A DNA stretch of 64,000 bases from Candidatus Aminicenantes bacterium (lineage in GTDB: Bacteria; Acidobacteriota; Aminicenantia; Aminicenantales; JAFGBC01): assembly GCA_963702005.1 (NCBI GenBank), contig OY969696.1, positions 2,976,001 through 3,040,000 on the forward strand, read 5' to 3'. The position numbers and the translations under genes are program-made. The notes beneath the pieces were generated by a model. That model saw only the letters and a program-made list of their open reading frames with translations. It was not told where the DNA came from and ran no database searches. This document shows, piece by piece, positions 9,506 to 18,285 of this stretch (the first letter of the stretch is position 1; the number at the start of each line of letters is the position of its first letter).

Positions 9506-11080
9506 ATGAAAAGCAAAACCACACGGCGTTCGAACGCAAGGGGGACGAATCGTCCGGACAACCGTCCCCGCCCCGCCGGGGGCGGCCCGGCTGACGCGGG
9601 CCGGGAGCGCAACCTGTTGAAAGCCATCCTCGATACGATTCCCGATAAGGTCTACTTCAAGGACCTCGACAGCCGTTTCATCCGAAACAGCTTGGCCCAT
9701 GCGAAATCCTTCGCGGTCGAAGATCCCAACGACCTCATCGGCAAGACGGACTTCGATTTCTTCTCGGAAGAGCATGCCCGGCAGGCGTTCGAGGATGAGC
9801 AGAGGGTCATCCGAACCGGAAAGCCCTTGATCGGGATCGAGGAAAAAGAGACCTGGCCCGACGGCCACGTCAGCTGGGTGTCCACGACTAAGATGCCCCT
9901 GAAGGATGACAAGGGAGAAATCGTTGGGACCTTCGGGATCTCCCGGGACATCACGGCCCAGAAGGAGGCCGAACAGGCCATGATCCGCGAGCGCTATTTG
10001 CTCCATGCGCTCCTGGATACGATCCCCGATCATATCTACTTCAAAGACGTCGACAGCCGTTTCATCCGGAACAGCCGGGCCCATGCGAAATCCTTCGGGG
10101 TCGAAGATCCCAACGACCTCATCGGCAAGACGGACTTCGATTTCTTCTCGGAAGAGCATGCCCGGCAGGCGTTCGAGGATGAGCAGGAGATTATCCGGTC
10201 CGGAAAGCCCTTGATCGGGATCGAGGAAAAGGAAACCTGGCCCGACGGCCATATCACTTGGGCGTCCACGACCAAGATGCCCCTCAGGGACGAAAAGGGG
10301 CAGATCGTAGGGACGTTCGGTATCTCACGCGACATCACTCGCCAGAAAGAAACCGAACAGGAAGCCAAGAAGCTCACCGAGGCGCTGAAACGGTCCAACC
10401 GGGAGCTCGAGGAGTTCGCCTATGTGGCTTCTCATGACCTCCATGAGCCTCTTCGGATGATCTCGAGCTACCTTCTGCTTATTTCCCGGCGCTACCAGGC
10501 CCAGCTGGATCAAGACGGCCGGGAGTTCATCGGCTTCGCCGTGGACGGGGCCCAGCGGATGCAGGCCATGATCAACGACCTCCTCACCTATTCGCGCGTC
10601 ACGACCCAGGGGAAAATATTTTCCCAAATAGAGCTCGAAGCCGTGTTGCAGCGCGCCCTGTTGAACCTCAAGGTCGCTATCGCCGAATCGGGCGCACGGC
10701 TGACGCACAACCCGCTGCCGGCCGTCAGCGGGGACGATCGTCAGATCGAGCGCCTGTTGCAGAACCTCATCGGCAACGCTTTGAAGTATCGCCGGCCGGA
10801 CGTCGCTCCGGAGATCCAAGTCTCCGCAGAGAAAAGAGACTCCGAATGGGTCTTCGGAATCCGCGACAATGGGATCGGGATCGACCCGAAATATTTCGAC
10901 AGGATCTTCGGCATTTTTCAGAGGCTTCATACCCGGGAGCAATATAAGGGAACCGGGATCGGGCTGGCGATCTGCAAGAAGACCGTGGAGCGCCACGGCG
11001 GCCGGATCTGGGTGGAATCGGAAGAGGGGAAAGGGGCGACCTTCTACTTCACGCTTCCGGTCCAGACCGAGCTAGCCTAA
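9506..11080 (+). CDS. Cytoplasmic PAS-PAS sensor histidine kinase
   Basis: Two near-identical PAS/PAC domains; H-box FAYVASHDLHEPL; N-box NLIGNALKY; DNGIGI; GTGIGLAICKK. Confidence 0.93.
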   Translation: MKSKTTRRSNARGTNRPDNRPRPAGGGPADAGRERNLLKAILDTIPDKVYFKDLDSRFIRNSLAHAKSFAVEDPNDLIGKTDFDFFSEEHARQAFEDEQRVIRTGKPLIGIEEKETWPDGHVSWVSTTKMPLKDDKGEIVGTFGISRDITAQKEAEQAMIRERYLLHALLDTIPDHIYFKDVDSRFIRNSRAHAKSFGVEDPNDLIGKTDFDFFSEEHARQAFEDEQEIIRSGKPLIGIEEKETWPDGHITWASTTKMPLRDEKGQIVGTFGISRDITRQKETEQEAKKLTEALKRSNRELEEFAYVASHDLHEPLRMISSYLLLISRRYQAQLDQDGREFIGFAVDGAQRMQAMINDLLTYSRVTTQGKIFSQIELEAVLQRALLNLKVAIAESGARLTHNPLPAVSGDDRQIERLLQNLIGNALKYRRPDVAPEIQVSAEKRDSEWVFGIRDNGIGIDPKYFDRIFGIFQRLHTREQYKGTGIGLAICKKTVERHGGRIWVESEEGKGATFYFTLPVQTELA

Positions 11081-11118
11081 AAAGTCCCTCAAGGAAACGC
11101 GCTGTTCGGAGGCATCTG

Positions 11119-11247
11119 GCCGTCAGCGACCATCCTGCCCGCCGGAGTCAGGGCTTTCCTCCGCCTCTCCCACTCCGGCCGTTATTTTGATGCCGTACTG
11201 GTCTAATTTCTTATACAAGTTGCTGCGAGGGGTGTCGATTTCCCGGG
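11119..11247 (-). repeat. Repeat copy R4: rnpB-5'-like sequence embedded in the 3' end of the NtrC-family CDS
   Basis: AACGGCCGGAGTGGGAGAGGCGGAGGAAAGCCCTGACTCCGGCGGGCAGGATGGTCGCTGACGGC aligns with the rnpB 5' region if the P3 hairpin is deleted. Confidence 0.8.
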
Positions 11248-12547
11248 CCGTCTGGGAGACGTTCCAACCGTTAGATTCGAGCTTGGCCAGGATGAAATCC
11301 TTCTCGGCCAGGTCCCTGAACTCCCGGAGCGTCTTGACGGCCTTGGCGTCCGGAAGAAGCACCGCCCGCTCGCCCGTGATCGTTTCGGGCAGGTCTCGCT
11401 TGCGGATGACGTCGCCGTCGGTCATGATGATGAGCCGCTCGACCAGGTTCCGCAGCTCGCGGACGTTCCCCTTCCAGGGGTATTTCATCATGGCCTCAAG
11501 GGCCTCTTCGGCGAATCGCTTGGGCCGGGCGTTGTTCTCCTCGGCGTAGTTCCGGCAGAAATAATCCGCCAAGATCGGGATGTCCTCCCTGCGCTCGCGG
11601 AGCGGGGGCGAGACGAGCGGGACGACGTTGAGCCGGAAGAAGAGGTCTTCCCGGAAGCGGCCCCGGCCGATTTCGTCGCGAAGGTCCTTGTTGGTCGCCG
11701 CGATGACCCGGACATCGACCTTGTTCGTCCGGCTGGAACCCACCTTCTGGACTTCGCCCTCCTCCAGGACCCGGAGGACCTTGGACTGGGTTTTAAGGCT
11801 CATGTCGCCGATCTCGTCGAGAAAGATGGTCCCGCCGTCGGCCTGCTCGAACTTGCCCGACTTTTTCTCGGTCGCTCCGGTGAACGCCCCTTTCTCGTGG
11901 CCGAACAGCTCCGATTCGATGAGCTCCTCGGGTATCGCCGCGCAGTTGACCTGGACGAAGGGCTCCTTGGCCCGGAGGCTCTGGTTGTGGATGGCCCGGG
12001 CGATGAGTTCCTTGCCCGTCCCGCTTTCGCCGAATAGGAAGACCGTCGCGTTGGTCGGGGCGATTTTCTGGACTTCCTTCCAAAGGGCCTGGATGAGGGG
12101 GTGGTGGCCGATGATCTCATAGCGCTTCTCGGCCTTCCGCTTGAGATCCTGGCATTCGCGGAGGAGCCGGTTCTGGGTCAGGGCGTTCCGGATCCGGAGC
12201 AGGACCTGGTCCCGGGACAGGGGCTTCTCCATGAAGTCGAAGGCGCCTAGCTTGGTCGCCTCGACGGCCGTCTTGACGGTCGCCTGGCCTGAGATCATGA
12301 TGACGTCGGGGGCGTAGGGCTTCCGGCGCAGCTCCTGGAGAATGCCTAGTCCGTCCTTCCCCGGAAGCATGATGTCGAGGAGGATGAGGTCGGGCATCTC
12401 CTGGACGGCCAGCAGGTCCAGCGCGTCCTCTCCCGAGGAGGCCTCGACTACGATATAGCCCTCGTACTCGAGGATCATCCGCAGTGATTTGCGGATGTTC
12501 TCCTCGTCGTCGACGATCATGATCCGGGCCTTGATGTCATTTTTCAT
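11123..12547 (-). CDS. Sigma54-dependent NtrC/NtrX-family response regulator (REC-AAA+-Fis HTH)
   Basis: IVDDE and LLDIMLP receiver motifs; GESGTGKE; GHEKGAFTGA; FLDEIGD; WKGNVREL; C-terminal HTH. ATG 12547 preferred over TTG 12562. Confidence 0.95.
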   Translation of the reverse strand: MKNDIKARIMIVDDEENIRKSLRMILEYEGYIVVEASSGEDALDLLAVQEMPDLILLDIMLPGKDGLGILQELRRKPYAPDVIMISGQATVKTAVEATKLGAFDFMEKPLSRDQVLLRIRNALTQNRLLRECQDLKRKAEKRYEIIGHHPLIQALWKEVQKIAPTNATVFLFGESGTGKELIARAIHNQSLRAKEPFVQVNCAAIPEELIESELFGHEKGAFTGATEKKSGKFEQADGGTIFLDEIGDMSLKTQSKVLRVLEEGEVQKVGSSRTNKVDVRVIAATNKDLRDEIGRGRFREDLFFRLNVVPLVSPPLRERREDIPILADYFCRNYAEENNARPKRFAEEALEAMMKYPWKGNVRELRNLVERLIIMTDGDVIRKRDLPETITGERAVLLPDAKAVKTLREFRDLAEKDFILAKLESNGWNVSQTAREIDTPRSNLYKKLDQYGIKITAGVGEAEESPDSGGQDGR

Positions 12548-12706
12548 CGGTCTGCTCCGCAACCCCCGCTATTTTACCACAAATCCGCCCGGGAATAATT
12601 CCGGGGACCTCAGACCCGATCCGAATTAAGTCGTGTGTCCCCAGAATTATTTTACATGCGGCGTAAAATTATTTAACATGAAGGGGCAGGCCCAAGGAAA
12701 CAAAAT

Positions 12707-12722
12707 TGGCACGAAATCCGCA
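12707..12722 (+). promoter_or_regulatory. Candidate sigma54 (-24/-12) promoter of the M16 peptidase pair
   Basis: TGGCACGAAATCCGCA (GG-N10-GC) about 20 nt before ATG 12744, divergent from the sigma54 activator gene. The -12 half is imperfect. Confidence 0.55.
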
Positions 12723-12743
12723 TTACAAAGAACGGCGGGCCGG

Positions 12744-14129
12744 ATGAAAGCGAGAAATAACTCGACCCTCCTTCCCTCCTCCTTCCTTTTCCTCGCCGCT
12801 TTTCTCACGGCCCACCCCCTCTTTTCCTCTCCGGCTGAGGTCAGCAAATTTTTCAGCCTCGACAACGGCCTGAGGATTTTCCTCCTCGAGAAGCGCGATG
12901 TCCCGCTCCTCAACATCGCGACGGCCGTCAACCTGGGCTCCAAGGACGAGACCGCGGAGACGAACGGCCTCGTCCACATCCTGGAGCACTGCATCCTGTT
13001 TCGGGGGACCGAGGCCCGCGCCGGGGGTGACGCGGGCCTCGGGGCGAGGAGCCACGGCGCCTACTTCAACGCCCATACCGATCAGGACCTGTCCCTGTTC
13101 GAGATTTCCCTCCCGGCCGCCGAGGCCGATTTCGCCCTCCGCCACCAGCGGGAGTTGCTGTTCAGCCTCGGACTGAGCCCGGAGGAGCTCGCGTCGGAGA
13201 AGGAGATCATCCTCGAGGAGCTCAGCATGCTCGAGGACGACGCTCAGAGGTACGCCGGATTCCTCGCTCAGCAGAGCGTATTCAAGGGACACCCTTACGA
13301 GAAGCCCATCTATGGGTCCCGGGACATCATCCGGTCCGTCACGGCCGACCAGGTCCTCGCTTTTTACAGGAAGTTCTTCGTCCCGGCCAACGCGGCGCTG
13401 GCCGTGGTGGGGGACTTCGACGTCGCGGATATGGAGGCCCGGGTCCGGGCCGCCTACGGCGATTTGGCCAAAACACCGTTCACGCCCGCCCATTTCCCGA
13501 AGGCGGCCCGTCTCGAGAAATCCGTCGAAATCAGCGAGACCCGGGACGTTCAAGAGGCGACCCTCGTCCTGGCCTGGGCCGCGCCGGACGCCGATAATCC
13601 CGATCAGTTCGCCATAGACGTCCTGACCGAGATCTGCGGCCGCGGCGTCAATCCCATGCTGAACAGCGTCCTCCGGGGCGGCCGCCGCGACCTGATCAAG
13701 ACACTGTCCATGAGCTATCTCGCCCACCGCTACGGAGGCGTTACCTTCCTGACCATGACCCTGGAGCCGGGGAACGTCGCCGCCGCCAAGCGGCAGGCCG
13801 TCGATTTCATGATGAAGGCCCGGAACCTGAACTTCGCCAAGGACGACTATATGGGCGAGGACCGCCTGTACGTCTTCGATTTTCTGGGGAGCGCCAAGAA
13901 CCAGATCCGGTTTGCGACCGAAGCTTTTCAGGAGAACGGCCTCGCCATCGCCCGCTCCCTGGCCAAATACGCCCTCTTCTCGGACAACACGGACGGTACG
14001 AACTACCTGGCGGCGATCGAGCGCTTGACGTCCTCGGACCTCAGGAGGGTCGCGGCCCGCGTCTTCAGCGAAGGCGAGTTCGCTTCCGTCGTCATCCTTC
14101 CCAAGGATAAACAAGGAGAACGGAAATGA
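12744..14129 (+). CDS. M16 (pitrilysin/insulinase) family zinc peptidase, catalytic subunit
   Basis: HILEH (HxxEH), FNAHT, EKEIILEE; signal peptide. The ORF track start at 12633 is probably too long. Confidence 0.9.
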   Translation: MKARNNSTLLPSSFLFLAAFLTAHPLFSSPAEVSKFFSLDNGLRIFLLEKRDVPLLNIATAVNLGSKDETAETNGLVHILEHCILFRGTEARAGGDAGLGARSHGAYFNAHTDQDLSLFEISLPAAEADFALRHQRELLFSLGLSPEELASEKEIILEELSMLEDDAQRYAGFLAQQSVFKGHPYEKPIYGSRDIIRSVTADQVLAFYRKFFVPANAALAVVGDFDVADMEARVRAAYGDLAKTPFTPAHFPKAARLEKSVEISETRDVQEATLVLAWAAPDADNPDQFAIDVLTEICGRGVNPMLNSVLRGGRRDLIKTLSMSYLAHRYGGVTFLTMTLEPGNVAAAKRQAVDFMMKARNLNFAKDDYMGEDRLYVFDFLGSAKNQIRFATEAFQENGLAIARSLAKYALFSDNTDGTNYLAAIERLTSSDLRRVAARVFSEGEFASVVILPKDKQGERK

Positions 14130-15445
14130 GGGAGCGGACGGCCGGCTCGGCCCGGGCGAGTATCCTCGCCCTCCTGGTCGGGCTCCTGGCCGGTCCGGCT
14201 CTTCAGGCCGACGCCGAGGCCGGAGCGACCCTCCCCTCGCGCCGCTCGCTCGAAAGCGGATCGGCGCTCATTTATCAACGGGATACCGCCTCGGCGGTCA
14301 CGGTCCTAGGAATAGTCATCGGCGGCGGGAAAGCGGCCGAGCCCGACGGTAAGCAGGGCCTGGCCCATCTCGTGACGCGGCTGTCGCTCGAGATCACCGA
14401 TGAGGGCAAAGCCCAGGACCTGATGAGTCAATCCACCCGGCTGTCGACGGCGGTCGAGCAGGATTACGCTCTCATCCTCATCGAAAGCCTTTCCTCCCAT
14501 TTCGAGGAAGCCTTGAAAACGGCCTCCGAAATCATCCTGGATCCGCTTTTCTCCGGCTTCCGGATCGATTTCATCAAGGAAGCCATGGCCCATCAAGCCA
14601 AGCTCGAGCAGGATGACGCGGTCCGGGCCGGCCAGCCGGCCGCTTTGAGGGCGTTCTTCGGCCCCGCCGGCTACGGCGCCTCGGTGTTCGGGAGCGAGGA
14701 AAGCCTCAAGGCCATCCAAAAGGACGATATCCGACGCTTTTACAGAGACCGTTTCAGGGCCGGCAACGTATCGTTCATCGCCGTTTCGGACCTCGAAGAA
14801 GCAACCATCGAAGGCTGGCTCCGAAAATATTTCGCCAAGCTCCCGGCCGGAAGCCCCTCCCCGTCCGATGTTCTTCCCGCGCCCGCCCTCAAGGAGAAAG
14901 AGATCACGCTCGACAAGGACGCCAAGCAGACCTTCGTCTCCTTCGCGTTCCCCCTCCCCATCCTGTCGCTCCGGACGTATGCGCTCGGCTCGCTCCTCGA
15001 GACGGGCTTGGGCAAAGGAGTCGATTCGAAGCTCTGGCCCCTGAGGTCGAAGGCCCGGCTCGCTTATAATGTCGGCGCCCGGGCGACGGCCGGCCGCGGC
15101 GGCGGCGTCCTCGAGGCTTACCTCGAAACCGACGCGAAGAAAACGAGGGCGGCCCTTGAAGCTCTCGAGACAACGCTCAAGGACTTCGCCGTCTCGGGAT
15201 TCAGCGGGCATGAGCTCCAAATAACCAAGGGCTACGCCAAAGCCGATTTTCTCAGAGCCTATGAAGGGAAGGAGCCTCGCGTCAGGCTTCTAGCTTTCTG
15301 CGAGGGATCGGGCCTTGGGCTCGACGCTTACAACCGTTTCGCCGAACTGGTGGATGACGTCGGTCTGGAAGATATGAACGCCTTCTGCCGGAGCGTCCTC
15401 GAGCCTTCCCAAGCGGCCCGGATCCTCATCGGGCGCCTCCAATAG
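14126..15445 (+). CDS. M16 family peptidase, non-catalytic partner subunit
   Basis: ATGA overlap with the upstream gene; GLAHLVTR in place of HxxEH; SKLWPLRSKARLAY (R/Y pair). Confidence 0.85.
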   Translation: MRERTAGSARASILALLVGLLAGPALQADAEAGATLPSRRSLESGSALIYQRDTASAVTVLGIVIGGGKAAEPDGKQGLAHLVTRLSLEITDEGKAQDLMSQSTRLSTAVEQDYALILIESLSSHFEEALKTASEIILDPLFSGFRIDFIKEAMAHQAKLEQDDAVRAGQPAALRAFFGPAGYGASVFGSEESLKAIQKDDIRRFYRDRFRAGNVSFIAVSDLEEATIEGWLRKYFAKLPAGSPSPSDVLPAPALKEKEITLDKDAKQTFVSFAFPLPILSLRTYALGSLLETGLGKGVDSKLWPLRSKARLAYNVGARATAGRGGGVLEAYLETDAKKTRAALEALETTLKDFAVSGFSGHELQITKGYAKADFLRAYEGKEPRVRLLAFCEGSGLGLDAYNRFAELVDDVGLEDMNAFCRSVLEPSQAARILIGRLQ

Positions 15446-15462
15446 GCCCGGACCCGGAAGTT

Positions 15463-16832
15463 TGTTATTTAAAGTTGAAAAGTGGACAGTTTAAAGATGA
15501 AAAGTGGACACCTGGGTTACATTCCTCAAGAAGGAGGAATGTATGGAACAGGTTCACAGACGGTTCACGACCGAGCATGTCCGGAATCTCTTCAGGGGGT
15601 ACACGGAGGGCCTCCTGGACCGCGCGGTTGTCGAAGAGGCCCTCGGCATCGGAAAGGCCCGGTTCTTTGCCCTTCTCAAGCTCTATAGGGAGGATCCTGC
15701 GGCGTTCTCGATCGCTTATCACCGGCGGTCCCCCGCGAAGCTGCCTCTCCAGGCCGAAGGGGAGATGAAGGGGGCGCTGATCGCCGAAAAGGCTCTCATC
15801 GAAGACCGGACCCTCCCGATCACCTCCTACAACTACTCCGCCATCCGGGACCGACTCCTCAAGCGGGGAATCAAGGTCTCGGTCCCGACGATCATTAGCC
15901 GGGCCAAGGCGTTAGGATGTTACAAGGGACATCCTCCGAAGAAGCTCCACGACCGGCAGGTCCTGACCACCGCGATCGGCGCCCTGATCCAGCACGACGC
16001 CTCTCATCACCGCTGGTCTCCTTACGCCCAGGAACAATGGGTCCTGATCAGCTCCCTGGACGACTACAGCCGCAAGCTCTTGTATGCCGACCTGGTTCCC
16101 CACGAGACCACCTGGGCCCATATCCAGGCGGCTGAGGCCCTGATCTGTCGCTATGGCTTACCTTTACAGTATTACGTGGACTCCCTGCGCGTCTTCCGCT
16201 TCGTCCAGAACCGGGACAGTTTTTGGAAGAAGTTGAACCTCAGGACCGATGACGTCGATCCCTACTGGAAGCAGGTCCTGAAGAGTCTGGGCGTGGAGAT
16301 CATCTATGCTCTCTCGCCCCAGGCCAAGGGCAAGATCGAGCGCTCCTATCGCTGGCTTCAGGATCGGATCGTGCGGACGGCGGCCCTCGAAAAGCTCTCC
16401 ACCCTCGAGGAGGTCCGCCAGGTCCTCCAAGAACGAGATGCATCGCTATAATCGACTCCAAGTCCACGCGACGACCGGCGAGATCCCCGATTATCGCTTT
16501 GCGAAGGCTCGCAGGGCCGGCCAGTCCCTCTTCCGCCCCTTCCTCGTTCCTAAACCCTACCACGCCTCCAAAGATGTCTTCTGCCTCAAGGAAACGCGGG
16601 TGGTCAACCCCTATCGACGCCTCTCCTTCTACAAACAGGAAATCCCGATTAAGCACGTCCCCCCGGGCGAAGAGGTCGACCTGCACCTGGTTCCTAACCT
16701 CGCCAATGAGACCGTGGAGATCCGAGTCTGGTGGCACAACTCAATGGTCGCCTCCACTAAGTTCCCGATTAAGGCTTTTCCACGTGTCCACTTTTGAAGT
16801 TTAAAGTGTCTACTTTTCAACTTTTCCCAACA
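15463..16832 (+). mobile_element. Insertion sequence, 1370 bp, IS1202/ISNCY-like (IS481-related DDE), with 16-bp target site duplication
   Basis: Ends TGTT...AACA; imperfect TIRs of about 49 bp, each with two AAAAGT(G/A)GACA boxes; direct repeat CCCGGACCCGGAAGTT at 15447-15462 and 16833-16848. Confidence 0.92.
15543..16797 (+). pseudogene. DDE transposase, split by one extra base near 16432-16434
   Basis: AAGGAGG RBS; LIQHDASHH, LDDYSR, YYVDS, SPQAKGKIERSYRWLQDR; the protein continues as EMHRYNRLQVHATTGEIP in another frame. Confidence 0.88.
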
Positions 16833-16848
16833 CCCGGACCCGGAAGTT

Positions 16849-16877
16849 TTGACAACCATTTGCGTCTAAACTAGGAT
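16849..16877 (+). promoter_or_regulatory. Candidate sigma70 promoter of the RND operon
   Basis: TTGACA, 17 nt, TAGGAT, starting immediately after the right target duplication. Confidence 0.55.
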
Positions 16878-16935
16878 AGAGGTCTATATAAAAAGGTCGC
16901 CTAAGATCGCGCCAAAGGAGGATCGATCGAATCCC

Positions 16936-18285
16936 ATGAACGATAAGAGCGCTCAAGGCAAGAAACGAGGAAGACGAAGGGCTATTCCGCTGTTGCTCCT
17001 CCTGCTCGCCGCAGCGGCCCTCGGCGCGGCCGACGATGAGGTCCTGACCCTCGAATCGGCCATCCGGCTGGCTCTCAGCCGTAACGAGCTGGCCCTGCAA
17101 GCCGACCAGCGGCTCAACGCTGCCGAGGCCCGGATAGGCCAGGCGCGCGCGTATTTTCTGCCTACCCTAACCGGAACGGGCACCTATACCCGCCGGCCCT
17201 TTGAGGTCAAGAGATCGGTTGGCAACTCTCAGATCGTCGTCCAAAGCCTCAACGGCATCGCCGGGGTTGCCTTGCTCAACTTGACGATCTTCGATTCCCG
17301 GAGCCTTCCGACTTTGCTCCAAGCACGCTCGGACCGAACCGCCGAAAGGTATGCGACGGTCGAGGCCAAGCGTCAACTGGCCTTCGAAGTCGGCAACGCC
17401 TTCCTGACGACGCTCGGCGTGGATCAGGTCCTGGACGCCGCCAAGCACCGGTTCGAATACGCCCGGCAGGCCCTGGAGGCCGCCCGGGCGCGCTACGCGG
17501 CCGGGCTCGTCTCGGTCAACGACGTGACCCGGGCCGAGCTCGAGTACGCGACGGCCGAAATGGGGATTACTCAAGTCCAAGGCCAGGTCGAGACGACCTA
17601 TCTCCAGCTCGGCAATCTCCTCGACGAAAAAATCACGGCGGGGCGGAAGCTCCAGATTCCCGAATTCCTCCTCCAGGCCGCCGAGATCGAGCAGACGGCC
17701 GTCGAGGACCTCATCGCCCAGGCGCAGGACCGACGCTTGGATTTGACCTCCCTCCGCTGGCGAGCCAAGGCCCTGCACGCGTTGACCATCGAACCCCTGC
17801 TTAAATGGCTGCCCGCCCTGTCTTTCAACGGTCAGTATCGCTACACGAACGAGGCGGGCCTGACCGGCCGGAGCACGAACTGGAACTTAGGGCTGACCTT
17901 GACTTGGAGCGTTTTCGACGGCCTGGCCCGGAACTCCGAATACTCGGAACGGAAGGCCAATGCCATCCTGTCCGACCTCGAGGTCCAGGCGACCTTGCGG
18001 AAGGTTGAGCTCGACGTCCGCGACGCCTTTGTATCGCTCGAAAACCAGAGGGCGGCCCTCAAGCAAGCCACGGTCGCCGACGAGGTCGCCAAAAGGAACG
18101 CCGCCGAGACGGCCGAGCTCTATCGTCAGGGACTGAGCACGGCCCTTCAGGTCGCGGACGCTAACGTTCGCCTCTTCGAAGCCGAAGTCGCACTGGTCCA
18201 GGAGCGCTACGGCCTCGCCATCGCCTACCTCAATCTCGAAGCCGCACTCGGATTCGATCCGTTCGGTAAGGAGCCCCACCAGTGA
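16936..18285 (+). CDS. TolC-family outer membrane efflux protein
   Basis: Signal peptide, LTLESAIRLAL, two outer-membrane-efflux-type helical repeats; first gene of a tripartite operon. Confidence 0.9.
   Translation: MNDKSAQGKKRGRRRAIPLLLLLLAAAALGAADDEVLTLESAIRLALSRNELALQADQRLNAAEARIGQARAYFLPTLTGTGTYTRRPFEVKRSVGNSQIVVQSLNGIAGVALLNLTIFDSRSLPTLLQARSDRTAERYATVEAKRQLAFEVGNAFLTTLGVDQVLDAAKHRFEYARQALEAARARYAAGLVSVNDVTRAELEYATAEMGITQVQGQVETTYLQLGNLLDEKITAGRKLQIPEFLLQAAEIEQTAVEDLIAQAQDRRLDLTSLRWRAKALHALTIEPLLKWLPALSFNGQYRYTNEAGLTGRSTNWNLGLTLTWSVFDGLARNSEYSERKANAILSDLEVQATLRKVELDVRDAFVSLENQRAALKQATVADEVAKRNAAETAELYRQGLSTALQVADANVRLFEAEVALVQERYGLAIAYLNLEAALGFDPFGKEPHQ

Noticed and set aside
16420-16451. 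Programmed ribosomal frameshift in the transposase
   Set aside because: No slippery heptamer at the junction; a single-base insertion or sequencing error explains it.
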